Shown here one piece after another: positions 1-8,512 of a stretch of 64,000 nt of DNA. Within the stretch, counting starts at the first letter, position 1. Each line of letters starts with the position of its first letter. The position numbers and the translations under genes are program-made. Below the pieces are notes generated by a model that saw only the letters and a program-made list of their open reading frames with translations, made no database searches and was not told the origin of the DNA. Source of the stretch: Perna viridis (lineage: Eukaryota); NCBI GenBank assembly GCA_037379345.1, contig CM074515.1, forward strand, positions 2,666,001-2,730,000, written 5' to 3'.

Positions 1-573
1 AATGTCTTCAAAAGAGTATTTAAACAAATTTTATTATCAAAATAGTTGTGCCCTTTTCCATTCGATGCTACCACAAAAAAAAATCAGTTTTCAAACAGAT
101 ATTCTAGTAATAAAATTTTAATTTCAATGCACTAGTTGACGTGAGCTGGATCAAAGTTGTTAGACGACTCCATGTAAGAGTTATTACCCTTGAGAGGAGA
201 AAAATTACAGTTTTCAGCTAATATCTTGAAAATTATGATAGATAGAATGAGACTTTCAATTGCAGAAACGATTCTTATTAAAAGGCCTACAAAAGTCTCC
301 AGTATCAAAGTTGTCAGATGACTCCATGTAAGAGTTATTACCCTTGAAAGGCAAAAAAATATGTTTTTAGCAGCTTTCAGCCAATATCTTGAAAACAGTA
401 ATAGATAGAATGAAACTTTCAGTTGATGAAATGATCCTTATGATGAATTCTACCAAAATCTTCATGGAGTCAGAATTGTCGGACAACTCCTTCCTAGAGT
501 TATTGCCCTTGAAAGGCAAAGGCAAAAATTTAACCAGGTGGGCGATTCAGGCTTCTGGGGGCCTCTTGTTTAT
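1..573 (+). mobile_element. 3' part of a non-autonomous Helentron-type (HINE/DINE-1-like) element with internal ~160-170 bp tandem units
   Basis: Repeated unit 'atcaaagttg..agacgactccatgtaagagttattacccttga' at ~150 and ~304. Ends in 'caggtgggcgattcaggcttctgggggcctcttgttt' (subterminal IR, 3' stem-loop, T-rich target), the same end as the copies at ~54745-54782 and ~61027-61063. Confidence 0.7.
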
Positions 574-1898
574 TTAACGAATACTCAATATTTCGGTCGA
601 ATGATTCTATTATAATTCAGAACTTCCTAGTCACATATACCATTGAATTTGTGTGGCGCAAAACACATTCACGATAACAGTATGGTTATGTAATCTACAT
701 GTATTTAAATAGACATTTTCAACGCATTATTTTTGTTTAGAAAGAAGTCCTCAGAACAGATTATGTAATTGATATTTTAGAAGCTTTAGTTGACTATTGT
801 ACACCAGCAAATTAATAGAAACTATTCATATCTTTGCATGGTTTGTGTTGCAAGGTATGGGGTGTTTAGGGTTCTACAATAAAGTCGAGCAATTTACAGA
901 ACGTTGGTTTAGTCGGTATGGTGCTTTTGTGGCTAATAATGCCTGGACTTTGATTGTTGTGTCGTTGATTTCTAACGTATTTCTTGGGTATTTCCAGAAT
1001 GGAAACTGAAGAGGACATCGAATATATACACCCAAGTACAGTCAAGCATCTGAAGATAGGCGCACCGTCAACAAGTTGTTCGGTGATAAATCAGCAACCA
1101 ATTTCTTCCCGCACAGTCTAAGTGGGGCAGGCTGTTTCGGAGATGTCATCTTTAAAAGCAAAACAGGAAACATTCTTTCAAAAGAAGACATAGTTGTTTA
1201 TACAAATATACTGAATAAAACGTTTACTAAAGACGGGACTGGTTAATTTTCGTTATGAAGATGTTTGTGCAAAGAGACCAGGGGCGTGTCCAGGATATTT
1301 GAAAGGGGGGGCGTAGAATAAAATATTTCGCCGAGCGAAGAGAGGCGAAAAAATTTTTGGACCTTTTTTGGCTTAAAAACATAAAATAATAGAGAATTGC
1401 ACTAATGTAACGGTTCCTGACTTGGAGCATGTATATTTTATAGTTAAAGTGTCAGGGTGTGACATTTTTTATGCCGAGTTTTCTCCATTAATTGTCTATG
1501 GTATATTAAAATGATTGGATGGATCTTAACAGCAGTAGACCAATAACGAGAAATTCCAAACTCAAGGGTATAAGGAGTAACTTAACATTTCAATACCTAG
1601 GCCAGGATTTTATGAACGAGAGGCGTGATTAAGGTTGAGGGTCCATGGGGAAAATCAGAAGCTCCTGAATTTCAACAATTTAGCATCAAATTATGAAGTA
1701 ATCCCTCTATTTTTGATTAAGTTCGGGTTTCGTTGAACGACACACATGATACAAGACAAATAAACACTGAAGAATAAAGTTCTTTCGTTCTGAGTATTGC
1801 TTTAATGTGGAAATATACATATATCTAGTATACATGTACCTTGACGCAAAACCTAAAATGAACACAGAAAAATACTGACGGACTCTCATTTTCAATTA

Positions 1899-4145
1899 CT
1901 AGAGTGGATTCATAAGAACCATTTTACGTGGATTTCTCATGGCGTAATCGTCAATAATTTTATCAAAATCAAGTTTAATGTCTCTGTGAATATACAAAAG
2001 AAGCAGAGCATTTAGGCGATCCTCCTTCATGGTGCTTCTCAAATCATTCTTGATCAACTTAAGGGATGAGTTAGCTCTTTCGGTGGAGCTTGACGTGACG
2101 CTCGTCAAAGCAAGTAAGAAGAGAACTTTCATGATGTTTGGAAATAAAGTCGAGCATGCCCTTACATCAGTTAAGGTTGATGTTATTGACTCTGGTTTGT
2201 CCGATTGATTTTCCCAAAACGACTTCCAGAGTCTCATCTCTTGCCTGAATGTTTCAGGCGAAGGCATATCAGTATTGTAATAATCATAAACATCCTTCTC
2301 CATCTCTTCGGAAATGAGGTGAACTCGGAAAGGCAAAATTGACAAGGCACGAACAACAGAGACAGCCTCTTGACCAAAACGCATATCAAGTTGCTGAATT
2401 AGCTCATCAAGATAAGGTAAGTAGATTGCCCGTTTAAAGTATTCTTTATCTGATGAAGCGGGAACATTGTTACGATGTGTCTGTCTAGCACAACGACGGG
2501 GCATTTTAAGCTCATCAAGTCCGGCCTTTACTGCCATGTCAGACGCATTACTGTAAACCAAGTCAAACTCTTGTTCATTTTTATGGGTTTCATCGATGAT
2601 CTGTTTCACAGCTCCGATCATTTTATAACCTTCAACAATGTCTAAAGATGAGCCTTGAAGCTTAGAACTTACTCCACGTACATAACCAAAAAAGTTGTGT
2701 ACTGTTTGGAAGCAAATAATAAATGTACTATCTGTTATCTTGGACAGAATGCCATGAGCATCCGTAATAGCCTTTTGGTCCCACGAACGTCCCTCATTGG
2801 AGCTTATGCCTTCTAAACATGCTACCAATGCCTCATACATTGTCGCGAATGTGTCGAGTGTGGCGTGTTTCTCTGTCCACCTAGTTTCACAGAAGATTTT
2901 GAATTTTGATTTAGAAATTTTGTTATTTTCTTGTCGATTGTTGTTAATATCTTCTACCTCCGTTTCTAGTCGTCGGCTTCTTTTAGGGGAATATTTAAAA
3001 AATATCCCGAGTTGTTTGAGAGAATCTAGCATGAGATGGATTTCTGTAACCTTACAACTTTTACACAGCACTAAACTTAGATTGTGACTAGCGCAATAAT
3101 GATACATTGCGCGTGGAGAGATTCGTGTTAACCGTGCGGCACATCCAACGTTTTTCCCTGACATATTTCCTGCCCCATCCATAGTCTGCGATCTACATAA
3201 CTGGATATCCAAACCATTACTAGCGAGGGACTGAACGACAAGATTACAAAGGGATTCGCCAGTGGTTTCCTCGGCCAAAATAAATTCTAGCAGGCGTTCT
3301 ACTGGAACTCCATCGACGACATAACGTAAAACCAGTCCTAACTGTTCCCAATTGCTAGTGTCTGATACCTCGTCGCATTGGATTCCAAAGTATCCACCAA
3401 AAGGCTGGGACTTCACTTCTTCCACAATAGATTTCTGAATGTATGTCTTAATGCAAGTTAACAACTCGTTCTGAGAAGTGTTTGATGTGTAGGTTGCTAC
3501 CTTTGAACACGTTTCAAAATGTTGTTTTAGGGTTGTATCGCCCGCATTTATTCTAAATTGAATAAGTTCTTTGAAATTACCCTTGTTCTTACTATGGCCT
3601 GTATCATCATCCCGATGTCCCCTAAGCGCCATTCCACGCCTTCCACAGAACTCTAAACACTTAAGCATAGATCTGATTATATCACGGTTCTTAGCGATGA
3701 TTGCTGCATGATTCGATTGCAGATTGACGTCGATTCTGTGTGACTGATTGACACACGATTTCTTGAACCCATTCAATCTAACCATCGAGTCAGCGTGATT
3801 ACCAGTCTGTGCATGCTTTTTCAAATCGACAGTGGTGTCTTTCCATTTATTGAATGGTTCTGTAACTAACACTCTTGGTCGGCGACCGGATGTGTCCGGA
3901 AAAAACTTACAAGCAAGGCAATATAACCCATCTTTCAACTTTGAATATGCTATGAATGGGAATTGCTCAAACCAATCGCGACAACAAGATCTTTTAAAAG
4001 TTCCGCTTTTGCATCTTTTATCGTTATATAATTTAAACGGAAATTTAAAGCCTGGTTCCGGACACCGATTAGACAAAATCCTGAATTTTACATCGTCCGA
4101 TAGGGTATGTACATCAATGACTCCAATATCATCTGATAATTGCGA
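1899..4145 (-). CDS. hAT transposase: TTF-type zinc finger, DUF4371-like region, DDE core and C-terminal dimerisation domain
   Basis: WFEQFPFIAYS..GLYCLAC..DLKKHAQTGNH (TTF zinc finger); ALRGHRDD/GNFKEL; TYTSNTSQNEL; QCDEVSD; QTMDGAGNMSG; YHYCASHNL (CxxH); CETRW; STERANSSLKLIKNDLRSTMKEDRLNAL. The frame stays open upstream of the annotated 4076 start up to the TGA at 4148-4146. Confidence 0.93.
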   Translation of the reverse strand, partial: SQLSDDIGVIDVHTLSDDVKFRILSNRCPEPGFKFPFKLYNDKRCKSGTFKRSCCRDWFEQFPFIAYSKLKDGLYCLACKFFPDTSGRRPRVLVTEPFNKWKDTTVDLKKHAQTGNHADSMVRLNGFKKSCVNQSHRIDVNLQSNHAAIIAKNRDIIRSMLKCLEFCGRRGMALRGHRDDDTGHSKNKGNFKELIQFRINAGDTTLKQHFETCSKVATYTSNTSQNELLTCIKTYIQKSIVEEVKSQPFGGYFGIQCDEVSDTSNWEQLGLVLRYVVDGVPVERLLEFILAEETTGESLCNLVVQSLASNGLDIQLCRSQTMDGAGNMSGKNVGCAARLTRISPRAMYHYCASHNLSLVLCKSCKVTEIHLMLDSLKQLGIFFKYSPKRSRRLETEVEDINNNRQENNKISKSKFKIFCETRWTEKHATLDTFATMYEALVACLEGISSNEGRSWDQKAITDAHGILSKITDSTFIICFQTVHNFFGYVRGVSSKLQGSSLDIVEGYKMIGAVKQIIDETHKNEQEFDLVYSNASDMAVKAGLDELKMPRRCARQTHRNNVPASSDKEYFKRAIYLPYLDELIQQLDMRFGQEAVSVVRALSILPFRVHLISEEMEKDVYDYYNTDMPSPETFRQEMRLWKSFWENQSDKPESITSTLTDVRACSTLFPNIMKVLFLLALTSVTSSSTERANSSLKLIKNDLRSTMKEDRLNALLLLYIHRDIKLDFDKIIDDYAMRNPRKMVLMNPL

Positions 4146-5103
4146 TCAAAAGGTATCGTCAACTGGAATTCCCGCAGTTTCCTCGTTGCGTTCATTGTTG
4201 AAGATAGGTGACTCATCATCTCCAGTACCGGAAGTTTCATCGTTATTGTCATTACAGGACATACATGACTCATCATTTTGAGTATCTGCAGTTTCGACGT
4301 TATTTTCATTGATGGAGACAAAAGACTCATCCACTTCTTTACCCGAAGTTTTATTGTTGCTTCCGTTGTCACAGTGGAACGTAGACTCTTCATCAATTGA
4401 CATCTCATGGCTAGTATGTTCTATATTTGGTATGTCAGTCTCATAGTCAGTGGATCGCGGTGAATTAGACGCCTGGACGTCTCCAACTACGTCAGAGTCG
4501 ACCACTCTTAGTTTAGAACTGACCAGGGGTGTTATCTCAAACTGTGATTCAGCGAATCGGTCTGTGATCGATTTGTTTAAATCTTTGATATGTGATATCA
4601 AACTTGAACACGAGGAAAATGACAGTACAACAGCTTTACCAGATGGAACACATAGTCCCATATCATTGCGACTGTGTGAATCAATACAATAAAGTATCCC
4701 TTGAGCCTTTTTTAAGCCGATAGTTGAACCAGGGTTACTTCCAAGTGTAATGAAAGAAGTTTCACTCTGTGCTAATGATTGGTGTAATGCAGACTCTAAA
4801 GTAAATGTTAAAGCGTCAGAATTGTCACTTTCCTGTTCCACAAGTCCACTCATCGGATCTTTCATTGTAATAGAGAAACTTTCGTTTTCAATAAAAATAT
4901 TCTCCGGAAACTCTGTTATTAGCATGTAGCCATCGGTAGTACAAACTTTATGGTACAAGTCAGTACCTCTTAGAAGAATATTATCTATTTCATCTCTAGT
5001 CTTTGGAATAGTATTATCCAACATGAAAGCCAATGCAATGCACGTACATTGTCGTCCACCGCCGTTTATATCACCTTGATGCATTGACCCTTTGCAAACC
5101 AGC
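4146..5103 (-). CDS. Herpesvirus large-tegument-like (VTD / peptidase C76-type) cysteine protease/deubiquitinase domain plus acidic linker; 5' part of exon 2 of the transposase gene
   Basis: GSMHQGD..GGRQCTCIAL (Cys codon 5048-5046); IDNILLRGTDLY; YCIDSHSRN..G..P.GKAVV (Asp 4682-4680, His 4676-4674). Splice acceptor ttgtttttgcattctag ends at 5104. Same frame as the transposase. Confidence 0.8.
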
Positions 5104-5159
5104 CTAGAATGCAAAAACAAAATCTGTTAACATATGAATTACACGGACACGTATGATAC

Positions 5160-5485
5160 ACTTAACACATTTGTAACGGAACTTCCCCATTTTTTCATTC
5201 TTGTTAAAGTGCATGTCATTGCTATACACGTAGCCAAATGTCGCCCCCCCTCCCCCCGAACCAAAAAAATCAAGTCCCATAACTCATACAGAATTAAATG
5301 AAACATTTATAATGATGGTGCGAAATGATATCAACTACATGTCATGTTAAACAATCCTGCAAAAAATGAACGAATCCGTCCAAGGTTTCATAGGAGTTGT
5401 GTACACAAAATAGTCACTGTGTGACGGACGAACAGAGGCCACCATTTCCATGTCCCTCTGACGCGTGGCCGATGGAAGACAATTC
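5160..5485 (+). repeat. Interspersed repeat fragment (Helentron/DINE-like) inside the transposon intron
   Basis: 'acggacgaacaga' microsatellite-like tract followed by '..catgtccctctgacgcgtggccgatggaagacaat' end structure, resembling non-autonomous rolling-circle elements. Confidence 0.35.
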
Positions 5486-6124
5486 AGGGGAGATATTCTT
5501 GAATGTCTCTAATGTAGCAGGAGTTGCGTATATAAAGACTGAGAAGGTTTAAAGGGTAATTATATAGTATACTGACAAAACATATACAAGTGATACCTCG
5601 CCACGCATAAGGGGATGGCAAATAGTGTACTATAAAACTGTAATTTCTCACAAAAATAGTTCGTAGATTTTGCTAAACATGGATTTAATATTAACACTAA
5701 ACAACTACATTGAACTGTGCAAATGTTAAAAACGTGTATCCGTTCTCGAGTTATTGTATTAAAACCACCGGGATGGACGGACCGACGGAAAATGTTGTTT
5801 GTGCTGTATTTATACCACTCTACCAAGAAATGTTTTGCATGCACACGTATAAAAATTGCGGTTTTTATCCAACGCAATCATAGGTTTGAACCCCGTTCTG
5901 GATATCATAGTCAAATCTGAGTGACCCCTTCCAAGGCAACGCGTGAAAAAATAACCCCATTTTAGACAATTTAGCTGAAAATACAACCCCTTTTGTCAGA
6001 ATATACCCAGTATTGTATATATAGTAATATACCCCCCCCCCGGTATATTTAGAATGGCTATGGGGAATCGAAGTTAGTGTCACATAAAACAACCAAAATT
6101 CATGTATTATACTGATTTACTTAC

Positions 6125-6207
6125 CGTTTTGGTTGTTTAAAAAAGGTGTCCAAGACACCTTGATACGATTTTAAGGTCTTTTGACGTTTTGTTTTTGACA
6201 TCGACAT
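6125..6207 (-). CDS. Exon 1 of the transposon gene (MSMSKTKRQKTLKSYQGVLDTFFKQPKR)
   Basis: ATG at 6207-6205, then 27 codons plus 2 nt, ending at donor CG|GTAAGT. Phase 2 matches the acceptor at 5104 (CG+G = Arg). Basic NLS-like segment and a QxxLxxFF motif. Confidence 0.75.
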
Positions 6208-6411
6208 CTTTGCGAATTCTTTATCACATCAACAACAATGGATACTAATCGCAGAGTCGAACACGCCGGACTCCGAGAAACGAAATTTTACGGTTGATGA
6301 TGACCCATCAAATTGGGGAATCAGTATAAAAAGAAATCAGAGTATGTGTTTAATTAATGAATATGATAAATTGCCATCATTCAATACAATACTAGCAGAT
6401 TATAACGATAG

Positions 6412-6442
<31 letters not shown>

Positions 6443-7790
6443 GGGGGGCGTACGCCCATTACGCCCTTACCTGGACCCGCCCCTGGAGACATTCTCGTTA
6501 TATTGTCACCGGGGACGTCCTATTCAGTGCAGAGTTTCAGCGCAGTATACAATTCAACAACATTTCTTACCCGGTTTTCGATTCAACGTCAATAAAAAAA
6601 CGCATTTGGTGATACAGTTGTGGAAAATGGGACATTGTCTTCTGCTACTTATTTTAAATTTAGATTTAATTTACGAACAGATTCGACATCAAAAGAAACG
6701 GTTAAACTGTGGATGATATCATTTCTAAATACGACGAAAGAAATGGTCACTAATAGGACATTTCTGTATTATGCTCACAGTGAGTCTTTAGGTCACGAGA
6801 TTTCCTCGCATCTTGATGACGACATCGTTCTTTTCGTCTTGACTTTTGTTTTCATGATATTGTACTCTAGTCTAGCTACTGCAAACTGGCAATGTATTTC
6901 GGACAAACAAAACCTGGCAAAAGCTGGTGTATTAGCGACAATTTTGTCTGTAGTTGGCTCTATTGGGCTAATCAGTACGTGTCATAGCAAGGTCGTTGCA
7001 ATTGTAGGAGTGATGCCGTTCTTGATTCTAGGTACGACATAGTTCATGAACCTAGTTTATTAGCACGTCATTCACTCAAAAAGTTGATGTAACGTTTTAT
7101 TTGTGTAAAATAAAAAAAATGTTACTTAGAACAGTGTTTGTAATCATATAAGCTTCTATTATATACACAACTTTTTAGACTACATTCCAATCTGCTATTC
7201 ATAATGATATCCTATAGTTGCACATTTTTCTAAAATCATTGTAATCATTGTATTAATTTTTCTACCCGAGAGGGTCCATGATTGGGGAATAAAACTATCG
7301 TATCTTGTCTTATTTTATACTTTTTAATATGTTTATTTGGCAGGAAGAAAACAGATCCCTTGTTAGGACGCTTTGAAGTTAAAATTAAAGAAATAACATT
7401 CCTTATTATGCAATTACGCCTGTCTGTAATTAGGTTACTATCGTAACGTTTCACTTTTGTATTTATAGGCATTGGTGTTGATGATATGTGTGTATTGCTG
7501 TCGGGTTTGGCGGAGACTTATGACGATGATCCAGATATGGAACCCGACGACCGAATTCAGAAAGTCATGAAAACCGGTGGAGTCAGTATCACTATAACTA
7601 CTTTAACAGATCTGATAGCGTTCTTCGTAGGAACAGCATCGTCATTCCTCAGTGTAAAGAACTTTTGTGTTTTTACAGGTATGAAACATGTGATATTGAC
7701 TTTCCGATGATGAGAAATCTTGTGTATTATAAAGGTTTCTGTAAGATTTTGACGTCTTTAAGATTTATTTACATCCATTTCGTACATTTC

Positions 7791-8512
7791 TTTTTATACG
7801 ACTTTTTTTAGCACTGCAGGAGTAGGTATCACCCTGTCGTTATCGTTGACTTTCATTGTTCCTAAGGACATGGCAGAGGATCCAATAGTTTTTTGAAAGA
7901 TGTTTGCCCCACCCTTTTAAAAATATGGGGCTAAAAGAGAAAAAAATAGGTGTTTTCATTAGAATTGACTTATCCTTAACCATTTTGGCGTTAAAGGTGA
8001 ACAACATTCGACCGCATAAAAAATAAACTTTTTAATTTTTGGTCCGATCGATTTAGAATTTTTGTCATTGGATATTTTCTGAATGTTTTCAATCAGATTT
8101 CAGATATTTCTTACGGTTTTTGAGATATAAGTGTTCATAGGGGCCACTACTTTTTGTAATATTTGGTTCGATTTTGATTTTATGGAGGGTTTCTTTTGAA
8201 TATCTCTGCCCGCATTATTCAATCAGATTTCAGATGTCTCTTACGGTTTTTGAATTATAAGGTGCCTGCCCCGCCCTTTTCCCCCCAAAAAAAAATGTTT
8301 TTTTTTTAATTTTTAGTCCGATTTCGATTTTTTTTAAAATTAAATTTCAAATTTGGTGCATTATTGTGTCCATATCAGCTGTTGTGTCCATAACGAACTG
8401 CAAGTTCATATTTTGAAGTGTGTTAAAAACAAATACTGCGTCCACACTTGCCCCAAAGAACATAGTTCGACATGCTACGGTCGTATCACGTTGCACCCCG
8501 CGAGGCTCTATG
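7791..8512 (+). mobile_element. Degenerate HINE-like element in intron 2 of the patched-like pseudogene
   Basis: Starts 'tttttatacgac'. Internal repeated 'aatcagatttcagat..cttacggtttttga' at ~8091 and ~8221. Ends with the inverted 'ggtcgtatc' plus a GC-rich tail. Confidence 0.45.

Larger units (their letters stand above)
1279..6485 (-). mobile_element. hAT-superfamily DNA transposon (TTF-zinc-finger, ZMYM1/PRKRIR-like transposase) with 5-bp TSD
   Basis: Left TIR caggggcgtgtccagg (1279-1294) and right TIR cctggacccgcccctg (6470-6485) match 15/16 as inverted repeats. Flanked by GAGAC at 1274-1278 and 6486-6490. Removing the element plus one GAGAC restores the host reading frame. Confidence 0.92.

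Noticed and set aside
1899-4076. Domesticated host gene (ZMYM1/PRKRIR/THAP12-like)
   Set aside because: Intact TIRs, a TSD and insertion into another gene's exon show it is a mobile copy.
4146-4148. TGA as a selenocysteine codon
   Set aside because: It falls in a low-complexity linker rather than a catalytic position, and I could not identify a SECIS element.
2797-4692. Plus-strand and alternate-frame ORFs 2797-3087, 3832-4281, 4088-4408 and 4450-4692
   Set aside because: Shadows of the real minus-strand coding frame, with no recognisable motifs.
4146-5120. The protease ORF as an endogenous herpesvirus fragment or a nested Helitron
   Set aside because: No other viral genes and no Rep/helicase nearby. 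It lies inside the hAT TIRs, in frame with the transposase and behind a spliceosomal intron.
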